Assembly (NCBI RefSeq): GCF_009834535.1
Contig: NC_045696.1
Span: forward strand, 53,198,001 to 53,262,000
DNA: 64,000 nucleotides
Direction: 5' to 3'
Origin: Camelus ferus
Lineage: Eukaryota
Numbering within the stretch: the stretch's first letter is position 1; the number at the start of each line of letters is the position of its first letter. Shown piece after piece: positions 1-12,529 of this stretch. A program made the position numbers and the translations under genes. The notes below the pieces were generated by a model, which made no database searches, was not told where the DNA came from, and was given only the letters and a program-made list of their open reading frames with translations.

Positions 1-879
1 AGATTTTACAGATGGTAAAGGTAGATTATCAGAACTATACTTAAATATTAACAGTTACTGACTAAAAAACATAATGGAGAGAGAAAAAGAAAGAATAACT
101 GAATTGCAAGAAGATATGGGTGAGGTCGGGGGAGGAAGGTTTCAAATAGGCATGCAGAAATGTCTGGAAACAAAGGAGATTGCCTGGGAGGAGCTATATG
201 CAGAGAATGACAGAGGTACAGGGTTGTGTATAATCCTTTTGTGGCAGATTAAGGAAGTGCTGGGGCAGAATTAGGGGCCCACTTGCTCCAAGAGGTGCCT
301 ACAAAGTGGCAGAGGTGTTTCTTCCTGACATCTTTGTTGCCAGAGAATGCGTGCAAGTGGCAAGAAGGTAAACACAGGAGGCTCCGCTGTGATGTACTTA
401 CTGAGCCTTTCATGCTAGGGGATAAAACACTTTTGCTTGTCTTTACCACGTTAATATGCAAACCCTATGATCTTAGAAACACTCAACGTTGGCCAGTTCC
501 CTCTAGCCATGTATTAGGTATTGGGTTTCAGCTTTTTAGCACATAGTGATACTGCTTCTTACTTAGTGGAGCAAAAACTAAATGGGTGGTAGAAAAAAGG
601 GCATTTGATATAGTCACACATCCTGCAGTGCTATGCTATTGCATCTATTTTCATATATTTCAAAATTGGTTTGATTTCTGGGTTTCCACCCGACAGTAGA
701 CCCAGGGAGACTCTGTACGAATAACCTTTTCCCTGTAACGTGACAGTGTTGTCCCTGGTCTGTAGGCTATGTCACCTTCAATTAAACAGTGGCTCAATCA
801 GTGTGAAGACAGCCTTCGTATTGTTACCAGAGAAAGGCTTCTCCTTTGTGACTGAGCCTTTTCCAGCTGTTGAGATGTT

Positions 880-1210
880 CACCAGTTGCTGCCTCAGCTC
901 CTTGGAACCCACTTGGCTTGCGAGCAACGATGCATTTACTGTACTAGTAATTAATGCCGTTAGCTTTGTAATTAAAAAAAAAAACTTTTTGCCTTTATAC
1001 TCAGGGTGATAATGCTGCAAGTAAAAATTAATTAAAATGAGATGAATTGCCTTCAGTTAAACGAAATGGAAAGAGACAGGGAGGGGTAAAGGGAGGGAGG
1101 GACCTGACGAAGTTTGTAGTCTTATTAATGAAGCAAACTGAGGAGGTCGGGCTTCTAATTTTCTCCTGATTCTTTTTCCTTTGTGTTACAGCCTGGGTTA
1201 ATGGAGCCAA
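880..1210. promoter_or_regulatory. Candidate enhancer / conserved non-coding element
   Basis: Non-repetitive, clustered TAAT/TAATTA motifs, several retained CpGs; conservation not testable here. Confidence 0.3.
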
Positions 1211-1664
1211 AAACCATCAGTTGGAGAGGGAATACAGAGAATTTCCACTGTTACTCGACTTAGCTATGTGTCACTATGAAGACCACAAACATGAATGCCC
1301 ATGTTTGTCAAGTCCCCCTTCAATTTTCCTGTATCGGTCTGTTTGAAGTAATGGGCTGTGAAATTGGCTTTTATATTATTATTAATTAGATCTGATGCTT
1401 GATATTTTTTAACACTTGATGTAGTGAGAAGATATGGTTCTTTTTACAGGATAAAGTCCTGATAAATTCAATCACTGACTATAACCAAGTTGGAGTGAGA
1501 AAGTCTAACTTCTTCCCAACCTGAAAGCAGGCCTGGTGACAGCCAACTTTTTCATCTTCCACGCTCCTAATTTTTCTGAATTTAGCCTCCCAATTCTGTC
1601 TGTGGGACACAGCTCTTTTAAATTAGTTTAATGCACCAGCATTCGAAATTTCATACAGGAACAA

Positions 1665-1930
1665 CAGTCAATTAATCAATAAACATGTGCTTAATGAAAT
1701 CCTTGTGTGTACCTGAGGGTTATGTCAGTGCTTCAGGGAATACAGAAACAGTGAAATAACAACACTTGTCTTCAAAGAATTGATACACTAGGAAAACAAC
1801 AACTAAGTTGCATAAACCTCTTACAAGTGGGCAATTAAAGCCTAAAGGCTCTGACACTCTGAAATGAAATGTGTTTGTGTACAAGAAGGGACACCATGGT
1901 CTGGAGAAGTCAGCAACGACTTCATAGGGA
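1665..1930 (-). mobile_element. L2 LINE 3' fragment (ancient)
   Basis: CAATTAATCAATAAACATGTGCTTAATG... resembles the reverse complement of the L2 3' end; heavily diverged. Confidence 0.4.
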
Positions 1931-4404
1931 GAATGAGCCAATGGAAAAGAGCAGAAAAAAGGACATAGTTAAGGAAGAATTTTCATTACAGCTCAGAACA
2001 TAAAATTTATATACATCTCAGTCACTGGTCAAGAAGGGAAAAAATACTGTCAGCAGGTAAATAGTCGTGGAATATCTCTAGTGCTCCCTGAATCTTCTTT
2101 TTATACTCTAAAAATAACTGGCAGACTCCTTTGGCTCTGTTTGGAGTTCTATAGATTGTCACACATTGGACATTCTACCCTTGTAAGCTTTGAATCTCTA
2201 ATATGTCTTCCTTACATTTTCAGCCAGAAACATTCCCAAGGCTTATAGTTGGGAATCTCTATACACTTCATCTTTCAAAGTTAGGCCTCTAATTTTGATG
2301 CACGAACTGAGCGCCTTTAGAAAAATATACATTGAACCAACAGCTCTCTGTGTGGGTTTAGAAATCCATACAAGGGATACTGGGGAGCCTTCAGATCATC
2401 TCTTAGAAGTACTAAACATAGCTCTTCAAATTCCACAGTTTTATCATGTTTGGGGCCATTTCACTAGCATCGCCAGGTTATAGCTTTCCAAGAAAATGGT
2501 AGTAAGTGTGACCATATGACTTACTTCTTCAACGTCTGTTCTCAGATATTACAGATTGTAAAATTAGATTCCTTAGATTTAAGGACAAAGTTGATACTCT
2601 CTTTACGAAGCCGTCTGCATTTCTGCAAAGGGAATTTCTAAAAGTCCCTTCAACTGAAGACATTTAGAGAAAAATGTTCACTTGGTCCACTCCACATTAG
2701 ATGGAAAGCCTGCTGACAGTCTGTTGAGCCCTACAGAAGATGCTCAGATGCTTTATAAAGGTCGTGGCTTGGCTGCAGAGCACCTACAGTTTCCTACCTC
2801 CAGCTAGTGTCGCCTGAGAAAGAGACAGTTTGAGAAGATTTTTTTTTTTTTTTTAAGCAGCAGGGTTGATTTTCTGCCTGAGGCAAGGAAGGTCCTGGGT
2901 CTCAGATGAGCACAGGTCTTAAACACCGAGAAAGCAGAGCTATTAGGTTAAATGAACCTAGCCGGCCTTTGATGGGTGTCAGATGGGCTTCTGAGCAGCT
3001 GCTGAACTATTCAAACTAGGGAGAGGCCTGCAATTGGAAGCATCCTTTTGCTACATTAGTCAGAAATTAGCAAGCAAGGGAAATGTATTTAAAGCCCTGC
3101 TTCCTGCCTGCCTTTATGATGTGTGACAATGTACTATCAAGTTGTGTGGCACTGACAAAACTAAAACACACAGTTGATTCCTTTTCCAGCTTCTTTTAAT
3201 CACTCCTTGGAGCCTTATAGAAAAAGAAATTGTAGTTTAGAACGTCTGAGAACTTGCAAGAAAAACATGTGCAGCCCCATTTTTAATTAAGACATGAACT
3301 AGATTATACTTATGACACAAGAGAAGACAGACCTTGAAGTAATGAAGCAGTGTGGAGGGAAATGGGCCAGAATAGAAACGATAGTATATTACCAGTTCAA
3401 GGCGAATTACGGATTTTCTGTGACCTCTGTGAAACCCACTGCAGTTCAACGGGTAATGGTCACATGGTTTACTTGAGTCTCTCCTGCTAGTTCCAGAAGG
3501 CACAGCAACGCGCTCCACGAACAGCAGAAGACTCTCCTGCTGACTGGTTCATAGACGCTCCACTTGAAGTGCTGGACTTACAATCTGGTTCGAGGAAAGA
3601 ATTGCTGACTGACAGCTGGCACCTGCACAACCACTGGCTCGCGTACTTTCAGGCTTGGCTCGTAGAAACAAACACAGTGAGGTCTGGGATCTTGGAGCTG
3701 GCTGCCCAGGACACAGCCTCTCTGTACACACTCTTCCTGTGATAGTGCAGTCTTCTTCTGCCGCGTATGTTGAATAGGGGCTTCTCTTAGGTTTTCACAG
3801 GTCTGATCACAGATCCCATGGATTGGAGAATGCAGGCACATTCATTTTTCATTTCAACTTCTCTTGGGATATGAATGTTAGAAGAAAGAAGAAAAATTGA
3901 AAGGGCATACACAGAGAATAATTTATGAAATGACCAAATGCTGCCCGATAGATAAAAAAGTGGAATTTGGCAAAAGACAGACATAGCAAAGGACACTGCA
4001 GTCAGCTTCAAGACTTCATTCATCCTACTGCTGTCTGTCTATCTACCTACCTACCTACCTAATTATCTATCTAAATAAGAAATCCTATTCAACCAAAGGA
4101 AAATGATTTCTTGTTTAAAATTCAACCATAAAATTAGCATCCAAGCTGACTGCATTAGTCCTGATAGAGTAGTTTATTAGAAAAGAAAGAAACTTTCTTC
4201 TAAATGTGTTAACTGAAAGATAACAAAGACAAGCCCTCTTCTGAAAAATGAAATTTATCTTTCTTTCCACATTCCAATTTTTAATTCTCTGCTCTTGTAT
4301 TGAGGACATGAGTACTTGTTTTTCTTGATACTGAAAATGAAAACAGCCATTTTTTACAGAACTTTTTTCTATCAGTTGCAATTCTGAAGTAGAATGTACA
4401 TTCA

Positions 4405-4648
4405 AATATGATGTTTCATGGAATTGTGGGTTGTTTGGGAAATGTTTGATATGTTGTAGATAATAATATGCTTTTTTAGAAATTTACAGCCCATATAAAC
4501 ATACTAAAGGCTCTGAGAAGTCCTGTAAAAAAGACTTTAAATCAGAATCCACCAAACTTTTCGACCATGAACATATATCTTTTCAATGTAACACAATTAG
4601 TATTTCTGCAGAACAAATACTCCAAAAGACATGATTTGGGACATGCCA
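4405..4648. mobile_element. hAT-Charlie DNA transposon relic (MER112-like)
   Basis: AAAGGCTCTGAGAAGTCCTG...CAAACTTTTCGACCATGAAC...TTTGGGACATGCC resembles non-autonomous Charlie elements. Confidence 0.45.
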
Positions 4649-5016
4649 TTATAATGCAAAGACAAGACTGTTATGCAATAGCAAAAGTAATGTTGTGTAT
4701 TAGTAAAGAAAAAGGAAGTACTTGAATGTCTACTATGTGTCACTCACCCTTAAAAGGTACATTATATATGTTATTTCATAAAATTATAAAAATGTTAATT
4801 GCAAAAAGTATATTTTCTCTGAAAACATCAGGGTAAATCCAATCTATACATATGGCCTTACTAGGTATAGAAACTAATATACCTACACAATCCCTGTCAC
4901 TTTTATAGTCTGTTCTTACATTTGGATTAAATAAAGGACTAAAGAATAAATCTTGTCTGTATTATTCTAATCCAGATACTGGGATGTGACTGAGACTAAA
5001 CTGAGTCTTTTTAGCA

Positions 5017-5038
5017 TGTATGTATGTACATATGTATG

Positions 5039-5072
<34 letters not shown>

Positions 5073-5089
5073 TGTATGTATGTATGTAT
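5017..5089. repeat. (TATG)n microsatellite
   Basis: Directly visible tetranucleotide run. Confidence 0.95.
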
Positions 5090-5872
5090 TATTTATGATT
5101 GTGTTTCTCCACTCTGTGTTGGTTATCATCAAAAAGCTAAGGACAAGACACAATGGAGCCTGGGTCACTGGTAACTAGAAAAAAGAAACACTTGGTTGGT
5201 ATCAGTTGTATCTTCTCTTTCATTTCTGATTTTATTTATCTGGGCCTTCTCTCTTTTTTCTTGATGAGTCTGGCTAAAGGTTTATCAATTTTGTTTATCT
5301 TTTCAAAGAAATAGCTCTGAGTGTCCTTTATCTTTCTGTTTCTGTGGTTTTTTGTTTGTTTGTTTTTGTCCTTATTTCATTTATTTCTACTCTAATTCTT
5401 ATTACTTCCTTCTCCTACTAACTTTGGTCTTTGGTTGTTCCTTTTTCTATTTTCTAGTGTAAAGTTAATTTTTTTTTAAATTTAAGAGTTTCTCATTTCT
5501 TGAGGTAGGCCTATATCACTATGAATTTTTCTCTTAGAACTGCTTTGGATTTGTTGCATAGATTTTGGTAGTTGTGTTTCCATTTTCATTTGTCTCAAGG
5601 AATTTTTTATTTCCTTTTTGATAGCATCTTTGACTCATTGGTTGTTCAGCTGAATTTTGTTTATTCTCCAGGTGTTTGTGTTTTTTCCAGTTTTCTTCTT
5701 AAAATTGATTTCCAGTTTTATACTATTGTGATTGGAAAAGATACTTGGTATGATTTCAATCTTCTTAAATTTACTGAGACTTGTTTTGTGGCCTAACATG
5801 TAATCTATCCTGGAGAACATTTCATGTGCATTTGAATGGGTATTCTGCAATTGTTGAACAGAATGTTCTATA

Positions 5873-6345
5873 GAGACAGAGGAAGAGAGTCATTCTACAG
5901 TTTTATTTATACAACCAGTGAAGGACATGTCCTTAGAATACCAGCTTTAATCCTTTTCAAACATACTAATATAAGAAGCCAAATTGTAATGACACAGCAA
6001 GTGAGGCCACTGGCATTAATACAGGTAGCAAGGGTCCACATCTGGGTGGTACTGACATCGGGGAAATTTCCAAAACTTGTTGCTTTCTTGTGGTTGCTAC
6101 TGACAAAAGCTTGAAATAACTTACATTTGCAGGGGGTACTGGCATTGCTGCATGTCATAATTGGGACCTCTTGCAACAATTCAACAAGGAATACAGCAAC
6201 ACACGAATGTAGAAAATGTGATTCATGAAACATAAATAGCAGACGGTTCTCCATATTGTTGCACTATTTGATCATGAGTAAACTTCACAAATGCATCATA
6301 CTGTTCTACAAATTTTGTGTTCATTATTTCTTCATTCTCTTCCCA
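5873..6345 (-). pseudogene. AKIRIN2: AKIRIN2 processed pseudogene fragment (C-terminal 40 codons plus 3'UTR)
   Basis: 6345->6223 translates [40 protein letters not shown], matching the AKIRIN2 C-terminus [40 protein letters not shown]; followed by 3'UTR with AATAAA (plus-strand TTTATT ~5903); TSD AATGTTCTATA (5862-5872) / AATGTTTTATA (6346-6356). Confidence 0.93.
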
Positions 6346-7668
6346 AATGTTTTATATATAAAGTCCATCTGATCTAATGTGTTGATTAATGCCAATATTC
6401 CCTTATTAACTTTTTGTCTACATTATCTATCCATTCATCTAAGTGGAGTAGTTAAAGTCCCCTGCTATTATTGTCTTACTGTCAACTTCTCTCTTATGTC
6501 TGTTAACATTTGCTTTATATATTAGGGGCTCCTATGTTGGGTGTATTAATATTTTTAAATGTTACATTCTCTTCTAGGATTGACCTCTTTATTATTATGT
6601 AATCCCTTTCTTTGTCTTCTTTTTTATAGTGTTTGTTTTAAACTCTGTTTTGTCTAATATAAGTATTGCTACCCCAGCTTTGTTTTTAATTTCTATTTCC
6701 ATGGCATATCCGTTCTCATCCCTTTGATAATCCTATGTCTTTTGATTGGAACATTTAGTCCATTTATATTTAAAGTGATTATTGATTGGTATGTACTTAT
6801 TGCCATTTTGTTGATTGTTTTCTGGTTGGTTTTGTAGTTGTCTGTTTTTTCCTTCTCTTACCCTATTGTTTGATGATCTTCTTTAGTACTGTTTGTGTTC
6901 CTTTCTCTTTATACTTTGTATATATTGTAGGATTTTGGTTTGTGGTAACCAAGAGGTTCATATATATTGATCTATTGTAAATATATGTATATACATTTAT
7001 TTTAAGCTGATAGTTGCTTAAATATGAATATTTTCTAAAAAATGCTGTGTGTGCCAGCATTTTTACTCCTCACCTCATGTTTTATGCTTTTGATGTCATA
7101 TTTTATATCTTTTTTATATTGTATATCATTTAATTTGTTATTGTAGAATAGTTGATTGCACAACTTTTGTCTTTTTAACATTCATAGTAAATGGCTGATC
7201 CACTGCCTTTCCTATATACCTGCCTTTGCCAGTAAGATTTTTTTCTTTCATATATTTTCTTAGTTCTGATCATGACCTTTTCTTTTCTGCTTAAAGAAGA
7301 CATTTTAACATTTCTTGTAAGGTAAGTTTTTGTGGTGATGAACTCTTTTTGTTTTTGCTTTATCTCTCTTTCAATTCTGAATGATAACCTTGCCAAGTAG
7401 GATATTCTTGGTTGTAAGATTTACCCTTTTAGCACTTTAAATGCCTCGTCACTGCTTTTGGTCTGCAAAGTTCCTGCTGAAACATCATCCTTAAAATGTA
7501 AGACACTAAGATAGTCTTATAGGGATTCCTTTGTATGTGACTAATTTGTTTTTTCTTGCTGCCTTTAAAATTAATGTTTATATTTTGCCATTTTACTTAT
7601 GATGTATCTTGGTAGGATCTCTTTGGGTTCATCTTATTTTGAACACTCTGTAGTTTCTGGACCCGAAC

Positions 7669-8255
7669 TGTGGGAACCCATGATTGAGTTAACAAATTGT
7701 AACAGATCCCAGCTGCTTATCTCCTTTAAAGATGTGCTTAGTAACTGTCTTGAGGTTTTAGCAACAACCCAGGCCCTTGGCTATAAACACTGGGCATACC
7801 TGCTGTTAAATAGTCTTCTATCCCCAAAACAGCTTTGGGCTGAAATGGTAAACAAGTTATAAAAAGCTGCAGACTCAGAGGTGAGAAGGCTGGTTAGCCA
7901 ATGACAGGTGAGTCCAAGAAAAATGTTATTAAGCAGCTGATTCTCATACATTCTGCCCTGATAAGCTGAAAGGCTCAACAGAAACATGATTCACCAGAAA
8001 GGGTCTTCTGACCTTGAACCAAACACCAACAATAAACAAAGCCTTTGTACTCATTGTGATCCCACCCTGTCCTTCCCTAAATTCCTGTATTCCTCCTTTG
8101 ACTGTACACAATAAATATGGGAGCATTTGAGAGGCACATGGAGTTGGCTCCTGACTCCCTCTCACTCTCTTGACTTTTTCCAGAGTCTTGAATAATTCGT
8201 TCCATCTCAGTGGGACTTCTGCTGGCCAGAACCCACAACTGGTGACAAACCCACA
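7669..8255 (+). mobile_element. Solo LTR, probably class II (ERV2/ERVK-like), inserted in L1
   Basis: TGTGGG...CCCACA inverted termini; 6-bp TSD CCGAAC (7663-7668) / CTGAAC (8256-8261); L1 sequence resumes on both sides. Confidence 0.85.
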
Positions 8256-9422
8256 CTGAACATCTGTTTCCTTCCCCAGGTTAGGGAATTTTTCAGCCAT
8301 TAATGTTTTCAAATAAATTTTCTGCCCCTTTTTCTCTCTTCTCCTTCTTGGACCCTATAATGTGGATGTTAGTATGCTTAATGTTGTCCCAGAAGTTTCT
8401 TAAGCTATTCTCATTTTTTTCCCATCCTGTTTTCTTTTTGATATTCTGATTGGGTGATTTCCATTATTCCGTTTTCCATGTTGTGTATGTGTTCTTTTGT
8501 ATAACCTAATCTGTTATTGATACCCTATAGGGCTTTTTAAAATTTTTAAAATTTTAATTTTTAAAATTCCACAGCTCTGATTGGTTCTATATTATATTTT
8601 TAACTCTTTTTTGAGATTCTCTCTGTGTTCCTCCATTCTTCTACCAAGTTTGGTGAGCATCTTTATAACCATTATTTTGAACTCTTTATCAGGTAAATCA
8701 CTTGTCTCCATATCGTTACGGTTATTTTCCCTCAGGTTTTATCTTGTTCTTTCATTTGGAAAATATTCATATGTATCCTCATTTTGTTTGACTTTCTGTT
8801 TCTATGAACTAGGCAAAACAGTTTTCCTCCTAGTCTTGAAGTTCCAGACTTATGTAGGAGCAACCCCTGCGTGTGCCAGCAGCTTTGGCAGGATGGCTGG
8901 ACCTGGAGAAGCATGGGACAGGGGTGTCTCAGGGCATGCCACTTTGGGGCTGCTCTAGCAAAAAGACTGGAACTGGAGCGAGTGCAGACTACAAAGTCCC
9001 AGATTATAGTCTCAGGGCTGCCATAGTGGTACAGCCAGAGATGAAGTGGACATAGGCTACAGGGGTCCTGGCATATGCTATGCCAGGGCAACCTTAGTGG
9101 GACAACTAGTGCTGGGCTGGGTGTGGGAGGAGGGCTGGGGGACACTGCCCCAGGGCTACCTTGGCTGGAACTGGTGTGGGTGCAGTGGGCAGCCTTGGCA
9201 GGCCAGCTAGAATACCTGGATTATCTTCCTACTGCACTATCAAAGTAGAGGGGAAATGAAAAAAAAAAAAAAAAAAAAAGGCATTCTGGTGCCTCTGACC
9301 CTGGAGAGAGTTCTAGCAGTTCTCTGCAGACACTTTAGGATTAGTAAATGTATTTTCTTTATATATTGTCTAGGTACCCTTTAAACCACTGTACAACCTA
9401 TTCAATCAGCCCTCAAGTCTTC

Positions 9423-9570
9423 TTTTTTTTTTTTAATTTTTTGGGGGGTAGGTAATCAGGTTTATTTATGTATTTATTTATTTTTAATGGAGGGACAGGG
9501 GATTGAACGCAGGCCCTTGCGCACGCTAAGCAGACACTCTACCACTGAGCTATAACCTCCCCCACCCCCC
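9423..9570 (-). mobile_element. Vic-1-type tRNA-derived camelid SINE
   Basis: rc GGGGAGGTTATAGCTCAGTGGTAGAG (A box)...GTTCAATCCC (B box), A-rich region, ACCTGATTACCT tail and poly(A); TSD AGCCCTCAA(G/T)TCTTC. Confidence 0.88.
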
Positions 9571-10384
9571 AGCCCTCAATTCTTCTTTAGGAGGAATTGC
9601 TCTATATGTATGTATAGATTCAGTGTGCCTGTGCAAGGAGGTGAGTTCAGAGTCTTCCTATGTTGTCATCTTGGTCCATTTTCAAATTTTTTTGTAGATT
9701 CTTTGTGAAGCAAAAGAGGTATACTAGATGATTTATAAGATCATATCCTACTCCAAAAACACTATGTCTCTACAATTAGTATATATTTTCAGACATAATA
9801 TTCTCCATTTAAAATAAATCATTTAAAAATCAGGAATGTAAAATGGAGGACACTAAGATTAGTTTCTGATGGTGATGTCAAAAACATGCCTGGATAAGTA
9901 TAATTTAGTTGGAGCACAATGTTAGTCCTATCTTAACATGATATTAAAATCCACTTCCCAATTGCTATACTTTTCACAAAGAGTCAAGCAAAGGTGAGCC
10001 TAATGTTAGTATCAGTAACAACATATAGATCCTGTAAGTATTGTGTTCCTTTTATCTTAATAAGCACGACTCATTGTTCAGTGTGCTAAAAAGAGTTGTA
10101 ACATTCAAGGAATTAGTTATTTGTCAATTTCATTCTTTTTTTCCCCCTCTCTTCTTTTGCTAAGTCTCTATGGCTGCAATATTCTTGTTGGTAAATGAGC
10201 AAAGCAGAAAAAAAGAAGAGTAAGAAGCTTTGCCATTATATACAAGGCAATGAAGTAAGGAACGGACACCTAACACAGTACATGAGCTTCACACCTGTCT
10301 CCTAACCCAACTGATACAGAGGTATTATAATACAGGATATCTACTTCCATCTTCTTCATTTATTTTCACCATCATTTACTAAAT

Positions 10385-10555
10385 ATTCACACAGCATTCA
10401 GTCCTCACAAGAAACCTTAGAGACACTGTTAGCTCTATTTTATATATGAAGAAACTGATGTTTAAGGAGAATTCTAAATGGCCAGAAGTCATACAACTCA
10501 CTGACTGGGACTCAAACCCAAGCCATTTGTTTCTGAAGCTTGTGCTTTTACTATT
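10385..10555 (-). mobile_element. MIR SINE
   Basis: ATTTTATATATGAAGAAACTGA...CTGGGACTCAAACCCAAG, MIR core. Confidence 0.7.
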
Positions 10556-10673
10556 GAATAATTCAGCAACACACTAAACCAAGTTCTCCGGTGTGTCTTA
10601 GAAAGCTGTGCGATGGAGAGAGAGAGAATCAGTGGGCTGACATATAAAGGCCAGTCCAAATAAATTCCTCAAG

Positions 10674-10903
10674 CAGGGTTTCTCAGCCTTGGCACTACTG
10701 ACATTTTGGGAAAGAATAATACTTTAATATGAGGACAGCCCTGTGCATTCTGGGAGTAGAAGCATCTCTGGCTTCAACTGACTATATGTTACTAGCATCC
10801 ATCCCTTCCCCCACCAAGATGGGACAATCAAAACTGTCTCTAGTTATTGCTAACTGTTTATCTGGGTTGAGGGGTATAAAATCACCACAGGTTGAGAAGC
10901 TCC
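10674..10903 (-). mobile_element. MER20 (hAT-Charlie)
   Basis: CAGGGTTTCTCAGCCTTGGCACTACTGACATTTTGGG...GGTTGAGAAGC matches MER20 with terminal inverted repeats. Confidence 0.85.
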
Positions 10904-12439
10904 ATTCTAGAGGAATGATACTTTACCATGACCACCTGAGTCACCAATTCCTGTATTTATCACAGGCCTTCTGGGGCTTGGACCTTCCTGGTTGTCTCCT
11001 AAGGGATTGACTCCCTCAAAGGTTCACTAAACAGTACAATCCTTTTGGCTCTATCTAGGCTAATCAAGGTTTTTTGGTCACTGCATCATTATTTTTATCC
11101 TGCCTGGCATTTCTGAAAAATGGTGAAGATTCTAGAATAGAAGCATAAATTAGCTACAATTTTGAAAACATTATTTTCTCTGATCTTTTTACTATCCCTG
11201 CATAATTGTGATCTGCTTAAATACTTGCCCTGACTGCGAGAGGTGGTCACTCATATATGGGCACATGGCTAAGCAGACGACATTTCTTGAGTCCATCTGT
11301 CTAGCATGGTTACTCCCTGGCCCATAACTCATGTGCAAGGTATCCAGGAAGGAAAGTCATGAAGAAGTGGAAGAAGATAACTGTGTCTAATGCCTTTATT
11401 CAAAACCTATTTAATGGATGGTACTAGAGCTCCTTCCCCCCATGTTATCATGTCAGTTTTCTAATCTCTCCTCCCTTTGCCCAGTATAATCAGCCTATAA
11501 TATTCTGGTCCACCTTCCCCTCCTCTAAAATTAGCTAAGAAAATATAAACCTGATATCAAGGCATTCCATATGCATTGGCATTTGCTGACTTCAGTAGAA
11601 AATGTGCTTAATATAAAAATGAAGTGATGACATGACTATCTTTTTTGGGGGGAAGTACCAATGCTAAACCACTCTCCCTGCAGTCTAAAAAACAGACTGA
11701 GTTTTGTGCTTTTATTTTTCCTCTCACCCCATGCATCTTCAGCATTACATTCTATAGTCATAATCCCACTGACAAGGTTTTGATGATTCACAAGGTGAGA
11801 GTGAATTTAGCTCAGTTCTCCCTATGTGGCTAGGTATCGCTATGCTGTTACAAACTATGAGTAGTAGACTTGCGTTTGTGTCATGTCACCTGTGACAGTC
11901 CAAGTCTGGAATAAAGGGAATCTATTCCAGTTCTTCTTCTGTGAGGGTTGCTGACCTCACCACAGGATTGTGAAATAGACAGTCCTCTGTGGAGAGTAAA
12001 GTGGATGACTTGGGTTTCCAATCATGATATTCTGCTGAATAAATGTCCAGGTGGGAACACACAAGCACGCATATAGGCATAGGTCTCTGTCTTGATCAAG
12101 TTCACTTAAACTATAGAAAATTAAAGCAACCTCCTGGTTTACTAGGCTTTAGAATTATAACTTGAGTTCCAAAAATCCTAGAATACATGACCCAGAATGT
12201 ACGTTTTTTAGAAAGGGGGAAAAAAGATTGGTAAAATCAAGAAGACCTATTGAAAGCCAGGAATCCTATTCTTAAATTCCTGATTAAATTTAAGGCAAGA
12301 TACTATATTAAGGAATGTGTTGTTTGAGTCATTGTATAAATTAACATGTACTATAAATTAAAAAATGATTTAAATCTTTAAATGATTGAAGCAGAGAAGA
12401 TAAACTAATTTGCAGAACAATCAGGAGGGACCCGAAGGG

Positions 12440-12473
12440 TGTGTGTGTGTGTGCGTGTGTCTGTGCGTGCATG
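12440..12473. repeat. (TG)n microsatellite, imperfect
   Basis: Directly visible. Confidence 0.9.
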
Positions 12474-12529
12474 CACATCTTCCAATTAGTGGTGGAATAC
12501 AAGATATATAATAGTCACATAAGAGAGTC

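Larger units (their letters stand above)
5195..9680 (-). mobile_element. L1 LINE, 5' half (5'UTR, ORF1, ORF2 endonuclease region), degenerate, with three nested insertions
   Basis: Minus-strand peptides FSRIDYMLGHKTSLSKFKKIEII (ORF2 EN, 5635-5850) and MAEKFPNLGKETDVQ (ORF1, ~8260-8300); L1-like 5' start (rc CAAGATGACAACATAGGAAGAC) near 9655-9676. Confidence 0.92.

Noticed and set aside
5907..6254. 115-aa minus-strand ORF over the retrocopy
   Set aside because: It is out of frame with AKIRIN2 and mostly translates 3'UTR.
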